NCBI GenBank assembly: GCA_902384455.1
Contig: CABMCB010000100.1
Coordinates: forward strand, 1-45,030
Origin: an uncultured archaeon
GTDB lineage: Archaea; Altiarchaeota; Altiarchaeia; IMC4; SCGC-AAA252-I15
DNA length: 45,030 bases
Direction of reading: 5' to 3'
This document shows, in pieces, positions 8,740 to 17,611 of the stretch. Position 1 is the stretch's first letter. Every line of letters starts with the position of its first letter. The notes below the pieces were generated by a model. The model did not search any database. It was given only the letters and a program-made list of their open reading frames with translations, and was not told where the DNA came from. Position numbers and translations under genes: made by a program.

Positions 8740-9015
8740 TTAGCGACGGCCAACGATAGGTTTCCACTCATGACTAGCAGTGTCGTAGTATATCTTACCT
8801 TCCATGAGTTGAATGACTAGTACACCTTCTTTGGCCGCTAAGTACAGACCTGCATTACTGACAGCACTTTCACACAGTAGACGTGAGTGTACGCGTGCTA
8901 GCACAAGGTTATCTTGGCTAAACGCGAGGCATATTTGCCGCATATGTTCAACGGCTATCTTTTCGTTACATTCTGCTGTGATATCTGCTGGAGTGTGAAG
9001 GGTAACTAGTGCCAT
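8740..9015 (-). CDS. Hypothetical protein
   Basis: GAGGATACC-ATG start. Confidence 0.65.
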   Translation of the reverse strand: MALVTLHTPADITAECNEKIAVEHMRQICLAFSQDNLVLARVHSRLLCESAVSNAGLYLAAKEGVLVIQLMEGKIYYDTASHEWKPIVGRR

Positions 9016-9121
9016 GGTATCCTCGCATTGGTATCTGGTATCCTGTTTGACTGTCCTAGTGGACGTATTCGGACGCTTAGGAACACCTGTAGGGGTGCGT
9101 GCGAATACGCCCTAACGACGG

Positions 9122-9508
9122 TCAAGCGGCTTTTGAGGCCACATTGGCCCAAGAGTTACCGAAGAATCGTTTGATTCGCGAACCGATACGCTTGACAGAC
9201 TTGTACATGCGTTCGGTTGGCTCGTCAGTTTCGCCTTGGTTGAATTCTTGAGCAAAGTCCCATAGCGTGCGTTCGCAGCTTTCTACGTCTGCTGCTAGGC
9301 ACTTGACGACAGTGGAAGCATTGGGTTCCGTGCCGGAGAGTACTGTGATGGTCAGTTTGACGGTCTTGTCGGCCTCGGTGCGGCTAAGTGTGACGCGCCA
9401 GGGACGTGAGGTCGGGGAGAAACCACAAGCGGGTGTAGCGGCCAGCTCAGTAGCCTTTACGCTAACCTTCATGCGTTTCAATGTCTTTTCTAATTCGGTT
9501 GCTGCCAT
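9122..9508 (-). CDS. Hypothetical protein
   Basis: AAGGATAG RBS; 128 aa. Confidence 0.7.
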   Translation of the reverse strand: MAATELEKTLKRMKVSVKATELAATPACGFSPTSRPWRVTLSRTEADKTVKLTITVLSGTEPNASTVVKCLAADVESCERTLWDFAQEFNQGETDEPTERMYKSVKRIGSRIKRFFGNSWANVASKAA

Positions 9509-9536
9509 GATTCTATCCTTGAAGGGTTACGGACGC

Positions 9537-9577
9537 GTTACAGCCCGCTAACCCAATGGGGCTAGCGGACATGTAAC
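9537..9577 (-). terminator. Hairpin downstream of the ParB-like gene
   Basis: CCGCTAACCC-AAT-GGGGCTAGCGG flanked by GTTACA/TGTAAC; no clear U-tract. Confidence 0.35.
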
Positions 9578-9586
9578 AGACTAGGG

Positions 9587-10657
9587 TTAGTTCGCCGAGG
9601 GGTGGTCACTTTTGCGTTCAACACCCCTTGCCCCCTTGGTAACCTCTTTATCGAACGCTTCTTGTGCCGCGTCGCCTAGCTCAATGAGCCGTTCTTGGTT
9701 GTCATCCTTGCCGCAGTCGATAGGGTAACCCTTCTTCTTTGGCCCAATGACCCGGTTCCAGTCCAGTGAACCATTGTCCAATACGCCGGCTCGAACCATG
9801 CAACCCATTAGGGCCGCGGTTTCCTTGACGTTCTCCAGTATCTTGTCCTTCTCAGTTGGAGCCGCGTCACTGTCACCTTGTGCGGGTGCTGGCCTGACCA
9901 AACGGATGTAACGGGCCGTTATCTCCTCGGGAGTACTCTTTAGCTCGGCCAGGGCGCGCATTTCAGGCTCGGTCAATTCAGTCTTGCTTTCGCCGGCCTT
10001 GAGTTCAAACACGCCATCTTTCGTCTGGATGGCCGCAATGGGCTTGTTGTCGCGCCAATGCTCTAGAACTGGCAACGGCAGCCCGCCGACCTTGAGCAAC
10101 TTACTTACCCAACCTTGAGTAATGCCAAGTGCGTCCGCAATGCTGACTTGGTTCATGCCGCCAACAGTGGCTAATTCACGCGCAAGGAATACCATGTCTG
10201 GCGCCTTGAGGTCCTTACGTTGGACGTTCTCAATGCCGTTGAGAATACGGAATTCGATGATTGTCTTGACTTCCCTAACCTCGGCTAGGATTGTGCCGGG
10301 CGGAAGGTTTGGCACCTTTGCTTTCTTGGCATGTAGGTTAGATATTGCTCGGAAGCGCCGAAAGCCGACAACTACTTCGTACGGCTGGTCAACCTTCTTG
10401 CCGGACAATGACTTGCCGTTGGTATTCCGTAGAATAATGTTGGTTATCTGGCCATTAGTTCCAATGTTCGCTTGGAACCCCTCGAAACCGGCAGACTCCG
10501 TGTCGGCCATGTCCTCAATGTTTCGTTTAGACCGCGAATTGAGGTCATAGTCGGCATATATCTTGCTAAGGTCAACGGGTTGGCTGAGTGCGGTTGCTGC
10601 ATTCTGTTGTGTTGCTGACATAGGGGTAACTTTACCTTTCGATGTATGGCTTACCAT
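9587..10657 (-). CDS. ParB-family (ParB/Srx CTPase domain plus HTH) protein
   Basis: YEVVVGFRRFRA (GxRR motif), ENVQRKDL (ENxxRxDL), HTH MNQVSIADALGITQGWVSKLL. Confidence 0.88.
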   Translation of the reverse strand: MVSHTSKGKVTPMSATQQNAATALSQPVDLSKIYADYDLNSRSKRNIEDMADTESAGFEGFQANIGTNGQITNIILRNTNGKSLSGKKVDQPYEVVVGFRRFRAISNLHAKKAKVPNLPPGTILAEVREVKTIIEFRILNGIENVQRKDLKAPDMVFLARELATVGGMNQVSIADALGITQGWVSKLLKVGGLPLPVLEHWRDNKPIAAIQTKDGVFELKAGESKTELTEPEMRALAELKSTPEEITARYIRLVRPAPAQGDSDAAPTEKDKILENVKETAALMGCMVRAGVLDNGSLDWNRVIGPKKKGYPIDCGKDDNQERLIELGDAAQEAFDKEVTKGARGVERKSDHPSAN

Positions 10658-10690
10658 TGTGGCGTATCCTTATCTGCCACTTGATAGGAT

Positions 10691-10719
10691 AGTATCCCAT
10701 GAGTGGCGGTTACTGTCAA
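10691..10719 (-). promoter_or_regulatory. Sigma70-type promoter of the ParB-like gene
   Basis: TTGACA-17 bp-GATACT with extended TG; box P at 10747-10760 lies just upstream. Confidence 0.6.
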
Positions 10720-10745
10720 CTAAGTTAGACGTAGTAAAGTGAAGC

Positions 10746-11003
10746 TTATTCTATGGAATCTGAGTCGTCAAGTTGGCAAGCTTCAATAGCCTGCCTTTCG
10801 CTCGCATACGGGCCGTTTGCAGGTCCGTCGGGTAAACAACCCGGGAAACAAGGCCAATAGTACCAACCCGGTTCGTTTAGTTCATCCGATAGGTCGGGTC
10901 GTTCACGTGATAGCTTGGCCGTCCGTTCGTCAACGTAGAACACTTCCGCGTTAGGTAGTGCGTGCGGGTCGGCTGCCCTTGCGGGATTAGAGTGCAAGTA
11001 CAT
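10746..11003 (-). CDS. Hypothetical protein
   Basis: GWYYWPCFPGCLPDGPANGPY motif; stop codon overlaps box P. Confidence 0.7.
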   Translation of the reverse strand: MYLHSNPARAADPHALPNAEVFYVDERTAKLSRERPDLSDELNEPGWYYWPCFPGCLPDGPANGPYASERQAIEACQLDDSDSIE

Positions 11004-11153
11004 GTTTCGTATATCCTTGTAGTGAAGTAGGGGTTAGTACCCACATTGGGTAGCGTCTACCGTTTGCCCTAGTAGGGAAGATGTACACAATGTGGGCATA
11101 GTGGCGCACACGGACCTCCCCGGTCAGCTGAACGATTGGCATTGGAATAATAT

Positions 11154-11621
11154 TCATCGATTGAAGCATCCTAGCTCGAATAGACTAACTGCCCTATCAG
11201 TACCGCGGGCCACAATAATGTGGTCTAAGAACGGCAGGCCGATACTGCGAGCGGCTTGTAGTAATGATTCCGTTAGGACTATATCTTCGGCCGAGGGTTT
11301 GGGGTCGCCGCTAGGGTGATTGTGTCCCACAATGAAGCCACTTGCACCGCTAACTAACGCGCTCCGTAGTATGTCCCTGGCCATTAGCGCGCAACCATGC
11401 TGCCCACCCTTGGCAGCTGTTTCGCTACCAATCAGCCGGTTTCGCCCGTCTAAGAACAGGATAACGAACAATTCAACCGGACTGTCTTTAGTTAGAAACT
11501 GAAGGGCCGCTTTAGCCTGTTCAAAGGATGACAGGTCGGCCGTTTCGGCTGGTAACTTGACGTATCCGTCCCGGACGAACCGGCAAGTGTAGGTAGGTAT
11601 CTTGTATGTAGGTGGCTTCAT
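11154..11621 (-). CDS. RadC-like JAB-domain protein
   Basis: E...LFLDGRNRLIG, HNHPSGDPKPSAED, LDHIIV; start uncertain (11621 or 11663). Confidence 0.92.
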   Translation of the reverse strand: MKPPTYKIPTYTCRFVRDGYVKLPAETADLSSFEQAKAALQFLTKDSPVELFVILFLDGRNRLIGSETAAKGGQHGCALMARDILRSALVSGASGFIVGHNHPSGDPKPSAEDIVLTESLLQAARSIGLPFLDHIIVARGTDRAVSLFELGCFNR

Positions 11622-11625
11622 TGGA

Positions 11626-11826
11626 TTATCGCTTATCGAAAGGGCAGCCCCAATTGAGTGCAACGCGGGGTAGTTGGCGGTCGGTTACCAGTGCGTCAAC
11701 CATGTTGTTCCAAGTTTCGGCTCGTAGGGGGTAGTCAGCACTACCCCCTTGCGCCCGTTCGGTTTCGCGTATCTTTGGCATAACATCTGACCGAAAGCAC
11801 TTAGTGAATTCTGCCTTATTCATCAT
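11626..11826 (-). CDS. Hypothetical protein
   Basis: Directly downstream of the repeated promoter-like element. Confidence 0.65.
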   Translation of the reverse strand: MMNKAEFTKCFRSDVMPKIRETERAQGGSADYPLRAETWNNMVDALVTDRQLPRVALNWGCPFDKR

Positions 11827-11885
11827 GGTTGTAACCTATTATACGCTTTAGACGGGCTAACCTTCCCTTTTATTCCGTGGAATAT

Positions 11886-12197
11886 TTAGCGGGGAGCGGT
11901 TTGACAATCGTAGGTGTCAAGTGGGAAGGTTCCGCCGCCAATACACCAGCAAGCCGGCGGCTTGCCGTTGCAGTCGTAGGCCTGACTAGTGTCGTCAAGG
12001 TAAAGTTGAAAGGTTGCCGTGCTAGTGGTCTTTACTCCGATGCTAGCCCGGTCCGTAGGGGTGCAAGTGGCCTGGCCAATGGTAACGGCAACCGGTTCGC
12101 TACCAGCGTCCACAGTGTCGGTTGAATCGGTTGGTTGAATCATAGGTCCGCAAGCTGACAAGCTAATGAGGGTTGCTAACATACATAGGGTTTTCAT
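11886..12197 (-). CDS. Putative lipoprotein
   Basis: MKTLCMLATLISLSAC lipobox. Confidence 0.6.
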   Translation of the reverse strand: MKTLCMLATLISLSACGPMIQPTDSTDTVDAGSEPVAVTIGQATCTPTDRASIGVKTTSTATFQLYLDDTSQAYDCNGKPPACWCIGGGTFPLDTYDCQTAPR

Positions 12198-12280
12198 AGG
12201 GGTATCAGTATCCTTTCCTGACACCCCTACCCCGGCCCTAGTGAAAGGGTGCGGGGAGGGATATAATGTCGGCTAAAGTC

Positions 12281-12475
12281 TTACAGGTACTTTTCATTGA
12301 CCATATAGTCGGTCGAAACTACTTTCCCCCGTTTGAACACTGCTGTTTTCTCTGCTACTTCAGTCCCGCAGTCGGACCATATGACCGTTTGAGACTGTTT
12401 AGAGGTCATAATCCGTTTATCACGGCCGCCCTTGTTTACAGCGACAATGTATTCTTGTTGGGTTGCAATCTTCAT
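12281..12475 (-). CDS. Hypothetical protein
   Basis: ATGA-coupled to 12472-13134. Confidence 0.55.
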   Translation of the reverse strand: MKIATQQEYIVAVNKGGRDKRIMTSKQSQTVIWSDCGTEVAEKTAVFKRGKVVSTDYMVNEKYL

Positions 12476-13134
12476 GACTCGTCGTCCAATTCATCGTTCG
12501 AATCTTTAGGTTCTTTACACTCACAACATATTAGTTCGCCGTCGCCTAGTGTGTAGCTAGGTGTCCAGGACATACTGTCGGGGGATGTACGTACTAGTTT
12601 TCCGCAGTCACTGCAACTGCACCATTCATCCAGCCATTCGGTTTCAATTCCGAGCTTGTCAAACAGCCGGCCGACTATCTCGGGTGTCTTACTAAGTGTT
12701 GTGTGTGTGGCACCTTCCCACTTAGTAATAGCATTCCAGTTACCAGTAGCTATTATCCCACACTGGGGGTCGGTATAACCCGGTTCAGCATAACCATTGA
12801 AGTGTAATTGTAGACTGTCAACGAACGACCTAAGCTGCCAGTTTTTGGTCTTTTGGACCTCATATTCAACGAACCGGATAATTCGGGCGACCTTATTAGC
12901 TAGCTTTTCCCGGGCTGCCCTTGACGGGCCTTCGGCATTAGCTACTAGCCGGTCGTATACCTCGCGAGCCGATTCGTCTAGCCGGTCCGGGTCTTGCGAT
13001 TGAACGCCCAGCCCGGGCTTATAGCCAAGCTTGATTAGCCGGCCAAAGTATGCGTATTCTTTAGAGAATTGGCCGGCATGGTATAGGCTGGCAAACATGT
13101 AATATGCATCGCAGATAGCGGAACGGTCTAGCAT
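12472..13134 (-). CDS. Hypothetical protein with C-terminal Zn finger
   Basis: 220 aa, GAGG RBS, CSDC...CCEC. Confidence 0.75.
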   Translation of the reverse strand: MLDRSAICDAYYMFASLYHAGQFSKEYAYFGRLIKLGYKPGLGVQSQDPDRLDESAREVYDRLVANAEGPSRAAREKLANKVARIIRFVEYEVQKTKNWQLRSFVDSLQLHFNGYAEPGYTDPQCGIIATGNWNAITKWEGATHTTLSKTPEIVGRLFDKLGIETEWLDEWCSCSDCGKLVRTSPDSMSWTPSYTLGDGELICCECKEPKDSNDELDDES

Positions 13135-13184
13135 GGGGTAACCTCTTATCCTGTTATACGCTTTAGACGGGCTAACCTTCCCTT

Positions 13185-13427
13185 TTATTCCGTGGAATGT
13201 TTGGCAATTAGTGCCAATATTAGGGGCTCGGCCAGTACTTTGGCGGCCGTTGCACGTTCGCCGGGTGTTCGCCCGCCAGTTTCGACTTCTACATGCATAC
13301 TGTAATTGCGTTCGTCTTCCGGCCGATAGACCGCGAACTTAGTTATACAGTTAGAGCCGTACTTCCGTTTGGCCTTTACACCGCCGTTGTAACGTTCAAT
13401 CGATAGTGTTTTGAGTTTGAGTGACAC
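13185..13427 (-). CDS. Hypothetical protein
   Basis: GAGG RBS; ends STE-stop within box P. Confidence 0.6.
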   Translation of the reverse strand: MSLKLKTLSIERYNGGVKAKRKYGSNCITKFAVYRPEDERNYSMHVEVETGGRTPGERATAAKVLAEPLILALIAKHSTE

Positions 13428-13520
13428 GATAAAAACCTCGTTTAGAGAGTGTTTGGTTCTTATTCGGGCGGCTAATCAGTCTTAGCCGGCCTCAAAGTCT
13501 CAAACTATTCTACGGAATAA

Positions 13521-14042
13521 TTAGGCGGAACCTTCCCTATTATCTATTATGTCCCGTTTTAGTAAAGATGCTACTTCGGCCCACACTTTAGATTCTTCTA
13601 GGTCGTTTGCCCGTTCAGTTTCTGACCGTGGTACCCGTGCGCCGTTCATGGTTATGCATGCTTGCCCGGCCGCGAACTTAGCGGATAGCCGGGCCTTGCC
13701 GTTGGCAAACTCGACTAATCGTGCAGCCCCTTCACATCTTGCCCCAAAAGTCTTAGCAAACTCTAGGGCGGCTTTAGGCTCGGTATAGCCGTCTATACCC
13801 GTCCAGGCTACGTGGCCCTGTTCGTCCAGATACATACCGGCCGCAATTTCGGTATAGGTGCTAGCGTGCGGCTTGTTCCAGACCTTGCGGGTCGGATGCT
13901 CAGTTTGACTGACGAACCGATAACCGTGCTTAGGGTGGCCTTCTATCCAAACCCTACGCCGGCACCTAAGGGTCCGGCCGTACGGGTAGTCGTTTATCAT
14001 GTACGCGGTTTCCTGACTAGTGTGTCTGTATAACGGTTGCAT
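13521..14042 (-). CDS. Hypothetical protein
   Basis: AAGGATAC RBS; 173 aa. Confidence 0.75.
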   Translation of the reverse strand: MQPLYRHTSQETAYMINDYPYGRTLRCRRRVWIEGHPKHGYRFVSQTEHPTRKVWNKPHASTYTEIAAGMYLDEQGHVAWTGIDGYTEPKAALEFAKTFGARCEGAARLVEFANGKARLSAKFAAGQACITMNGARVPRSETERANDLEESKVWAEVASLLKRDIIDNREGSA

Positions 14043-14175
14043 GGTGTATCCTTTAGTGAGTGTTTGCCGTCTAGGTGCCGGTTAGTCCTACAGTCCGGGG
14101 GGCTGTAACCCATAATAAGGAAACTAAGGTCGGTTAGCTTGGCGCTACCATCCCCCTAGCTTGTCGCTAGGTGCT

Positions 14176-14232
14176 TGCTTCTATATACGGCCGGGTCCGG
14201 GGAAACTTTACCTTTTATTATTCCGTAGAATA
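14176..14232 (-). promoter_or_regulatory. Promoter-like element AAGTTT-N13-CGTATA with upstream box P
   Basis: Same architecture as 11839, 13154 and 14481. Confidence 0.5.
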
Positions 14233-14234
14233 AG

Positions 14235-14480
14235 TTAGGCTAGCCGACCCGGTATACTAGAAACCAACCCGCCGGTCAAACTAGGCTGGGGTATCATGGC
14301 CAGCTGGTCGGCAAACCTACGTAGCTGGTCGGCCTCTAGGTCGTTCAAGTTATGCTCGCTGATATACTGTTCAACAAGCTGGCCGGTTGTTGGCCGGTGC
14401 CTAGGTTGGCTTGTGACCGACACTAGGGTAGTTTGCCTACATATACGGTCAGCATGGGTTACTTTGAATTTCCGTTGCAT
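14235..14480 (-). CDS. Hypothetical protein
   Basis: ATG immediately after the promoter-like element (possibly leaderless). Confidence 0.5.
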   Translation of the reverse strand: MQRKFKVTHADRICRQTTLVSVTSQPRHRPTTGQLVEQYISEHNLNDLEADQLRRFADQLAMIPQPSLTGGLVSSIPGRLA

Positions 14481-14536
14481 GCTTCTATATACGACCAGCC
14501 TGGGCGAAACCTTACCCCCTTTTATTCCGTGGCATA
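14481..14536 (-). promoter_or_regulatory. Promoter-like element AGGTTT-N13-CGTATA with upstream box P
   Basis: Shares CGTATATAGAAGCA with the 14176 element. Confidence 0.5.
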
Positions 14537-14570
14537 AAGAACGGCTGGCTGGTTGAAGGTGGGAGGGTAT

Positions 14571-14624
14571 CTTACATGTAGGCTACGCGCGCGCGCGTAT
14601 AGCACACAGATACCTACATGTAAG
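14571..14624. repeat. Nested inverted repeat around a TA(CG)6TA palindrome
   Basis: CTTACATGTAGG (14571-14582) and its reverse complement CCTACATGTAAG flank TACGCGCGCGCGCGTA (14584-14599). Confidence 0.8.
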
Positions 14625-14681
14625 TAAAATACCTACACGTATAGAAGTAGGTATGCGTAGGTCCGTGTAAGTATAGGTAAG

Positions 14682-16925
14682 TTATTCTTCCCATGCGTCG
14701 CAGTCGGTCAAGTCTCCCCCGTCGGGCTGTTCACTTTCTTCTATCGACTGTTGTAACAGTATAAGCGCCTCGGGTGACAGTATGCCTTTATCGTAGGGTA
14801 GGCTTTCGAGGCCGTCTAACTTGCGTAGTGTGAGCCGTCCACCTTCCCCTATCTTAGCCTCACGTTTAGGCAATGGGCTGAACGTCATATCTATCGGTCT
14901 ACTTATCCAACGTCCGTAATTGTCGGAACGCTTATAGGTGAATGCGCCAGGTTTACCACTACGGGTTATGCTTGTTTTTATTCCACGGAATAGGCTAAGG
15001 TTCTGTATCTGAATCCCTGGTTGGCCATTCTCATAGGCCTCAATGATGGCTTTCCAGTTGTTCCAAACGGCAGCACGTCCTAAACCGCGCGCTCGTATTC
15101 GTTTGATGTCTTTATCCGTAGGATTCATTGGAAAGTAGATGCCAGGGCGCGCAAGAAACATCCCGTTAGGTACCGCTTTCTCTTCCCAACCTCCAAGCGG
15201 CTTGTTGACGAGCCATTGATTACCTTGCCTTTTGAATAATTCTGGCGATTCCGCAACGTCTTTAGGGTCTGGTTCGGGGCATATGAGCCAATTAGTTCCC
15301 GTGTCGAGCGGCTTTGGCAATGTTATCTTTTCAAGTGTCGCAATGCCATCAGTAGCGACCATAAGCAGATTGTCAAGGTCGCGGTGTGCAGCCATGGCTT
15401 CGAGCACTTGAGCACGGCATCCGCTAGTAATAAGGCCAGCCCACATCCAAGAATGGAAAGTACCAGGCTTTCCTCCGATAGTTTGCGCAGTTTTGCCATA
15501 GTTTGAATTCATTCCCAGCTTGATTACAATGCCAGGACCTTCTTTGCCAATCTGGATTCGAAGTGTATAGTACTTCGGAATATCTTTGAAGGGTTGGCAG
15601 TCACAATCACAGTGATAAAGCCAGGCTTCTTGAAAACACACATTGTCAAACAGTTTTTCACCAGCAAAATATTCTTCACGCCATACCCAACCACCCCCAC
15701 TACTTTCTGGAAAGGCAATGCTGCCATTACTCATTCGAAACGGAAAGGGCGCCCATGGTCGTTTGACTATGGGCTCATTGAGTGTGTAACGAACGATAGC
15801 TGTTCGCGCGTGGTGAATTGCCTGTCTGTCTGTTGTGTGTTCCCATCGACCGTGAATCAGACAGGGAAGGAAAGCTAGTTGGTAGACATAAGCAGAAGAG
15901 ATGTCTTGTCCAAAGACTATATCACGGATAGGTCCAATGCGACCTAGCTCAAAACGGCCGCCAAAGAATGCACACCGTTGAACATACTCTACATCTTCTG
16001 GGGTAGGATTATCAGCACGCGCTTTCTTGACATGCTCTTTGATGTTCATCACAAGCATCATTGCTTCAGCGCTAGAACCTGCGCCGAAGTAGTTCTTGAG
16101 CGGGATGCCCGCCTTTATATGAGCATCAGTGAGTTTGCGTGCAAGGGTGGCCATGTACTTGCACTCGTCAAAACAGTACTCTTCAATGTGTTCATCATCA
16201 AGTTGGTCAAAGTTTGACCGTTGGTCTTTCATCTCCTTCATGCGGTCGAGGACTACTTTGCGCTCATCCTTAGATACATCGTCAGGTACCTTCCAATCTT
16301 CGAGTGCAACAGTGAACTTACCTTGAAAGAACTTCCAAACATCATGAATGATTGTAGGTTGCCCCCATTTGTAACCCACAGTTGGACCGCCTGTGTTAGG
16401 GTCCACTACTATGTGTTTTCCTTCAATCTTCTTGATTGTGAATCGTCCGTTTATCCAATTGAGACAATACTGTGGGTTTGCACTAGGCCAGTAAACAGGT
16501 ACAATAACCTCTTGTTTGCCTTGCATGCGCCGTCGCAATTCAGGGCGGACTAACTTGTACAGCGTGGGGTCGTCAATGTCTTCTAGAATCTTCGTGAGGT
16601 CATAACCAAACGAGTATGAAAAGAGTTTAGTGTTATCTTTATGGGGTATTGACAGAATGAAGTCTAAACATTGTTTAGTGCGCAGCCCTTTTGGATTCTC
16701 TATCTTATACTTGCGACCAAACTCGTCGGCTGCACAGAGTAATGTGTACCTATGTTTCCCTGGCCAAGGGCCATGGTGTTCAGTTTTGCCTTCTCCGTCA
16801 ATGCCAACGAAGGTCGTAGAGAAGGCATCCTTGACTTTGATACGTGGGCCGCGGTGTGCATGGTGTGGAGCATTGCATTGTGTGCAGAACTGCTCATTGC
16901 CCTTGTACGCGTGTTGTATCTTCAT
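14682..16925 (-). CDS. polB: Family B DNA polymerase, probably protein-primed
   Basis: ExoI GIDGEG, ExoII YSFGYD, ExoIII YCFDE, FFGGRFE, motif A DISSAY, motif B KLGMNSNYGK, motif C ATDGI; the genome has ITRs. Confidence 0.9.
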   Translation of the reverse strand: MKIQHAYKGNEQFCTQCNAPHHAHRGPRIKVKDAFSTTFVGIDGEGKTEHHGPWPGKHRYTLLCAADEFGRKYKIENPKGLRTKQCLDFILSIPHKDNTKLFSYSFGYDLTKILEDIDDPTLYKLVRPELRRRMQGKQEVIVPVYWPSANPQYCLNWINGRFTIKKIEGKHIVVDPNTGGPTVGYKWGQPTIIHDVWKFFQGKFTVALEDWKVPDDVSKDERKVVLDRMKEMKDQRSNFDQLDDEHIEEYCFDECKYMATLARKLTDAHIKAGIPLKNYFGAGSSAEAMMLVMNIKEHVKKARADNPTPEDVEYVQRCAFFGGRFELGRIGPIRDIVFGQDISSAYVYQLAFLPCLIHGRWEHTTDRQAIHHARTAIVRYTLNEPIVKRPWAPFPFRMSNGSIAFPESSGGGWVWREEYFAGEKLFDNVCFQEAWLYHCDCDCQPFKDIPKYYTLRIQIGKEGPGIVIKLGMNSNYGKTAQTIGGKPGTFHSWMWAGLITSGCRAQVLEAMAAHRDLDNLLMVATDGIATLEKITLPKPLDTGTNWLICPEPDPKDVAESPELFKRQGNQWLVNKPLGGWEEKAVPNGMFLARPGIYFPMNPTDKDIKRIRARGLGRAAVWNNWKAIIEAYENGQPGIQIQNLSLFRGIKTSITRSGKPGAFTYKRSDNYGRWISRPIDMTFSPLPKREAKIGEGGRLTLRKLDGLESLPYDKGILSPEALILLQQSIEESEQPDGGDLTDCDAWEE

Positions 16926-17091
16926 CGTTACATTCCGTGGAATATCTTTTGAGTATCACTGAACGGCGAGTAGACAGAATAAGATAAAGGCGTTCCGCTT
17001 CTTTTACTCTAACTGGGCAATATCCGAAAGGTAGCACTATGATTGGCTTGCCATCAGGTGCTAACTTGGAGTCAAGATATAACTCTTTCAT
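16894..17091 (-). CDS. Hypothetical protein
   Basis: Short ORF upstream of polB. Confidence 0.4.
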   Translation of the reverse strand: MKELYLDSKLAPDGKPIIVLPFGYCPVRVKEAERLYLILSTRRSVILKRYSTECNDEDTTRVQGQ

Positions 17092-17272
17092 GCGCCTGGC
17101 GCCTTTCTCCAGTTTTCAAAGACAACATTCTTTTCGTCTTTAGGCAATGGCAATTCTTGAATATAGACACATTGGAGGTTAGTACGGTCTTTTGCAAAAG
17201 CCGAACGCAAAAGGCTGCTCTTGGCAGCCTTCTCGTCTTCTCCGTACACAATGACCTCGTGTTGTATGAGTA

Positions 17273-17470
17273 TCATATATCTTTTTTGAACAGAGCGTCT
17301 CGTATCTCCTTCAGTTTTCTTCGGTGTGATTGGCCCGGAGAATGTATGGGGATGGTTATTCTTTGGCTTGTGATTGTTACTGTGTGGTGTGGACATGGTA
17401 ATGGGTATCCGCATATGATGCCAGGGACATCACGGTCTGGTTGGTTACAGGTGAGTACTTTAGTTTTCAT
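17273..17470 (-). CDS. Small Cys/His protein
   Basis: C...CGYPLPCPHH; overlaps the competing ORF 17088-17414. Confidence 0.45.
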   Translation of the reverse strand: MKTKVLTCNQPDRDVPGIICGYPLPCPHHTVTITSQRITIPIHSPGQSHRRKLKEIRDALFKKDI

Positions 17471-17611
17471 CAGCTTTACGTTCCTTAGCTAGCCGGCGAA
17501 GTATGTGCCACACTTCATTGAGTGGCACGTCTGAAAGGCCAGCCACTTTAGTCCAGAAGTACGAGCCGGTAAAGAATCCGACTGCAAAAGTGAACAGTAT
17601 ATTGTATGTTG

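Larger units (their letters stand above)
11839..13198 (-). repeat. 45-bp exact direct repeat (11839-11883 and 13154-13198), promoter-like, including box P
   Basis: TTATACGCTTTAGACGGGCTAACCTTCCCTTTTATTCCGTGGAAT occurs twice, each time just upstream of a minus-strand start codon. Confidence 0.92.
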
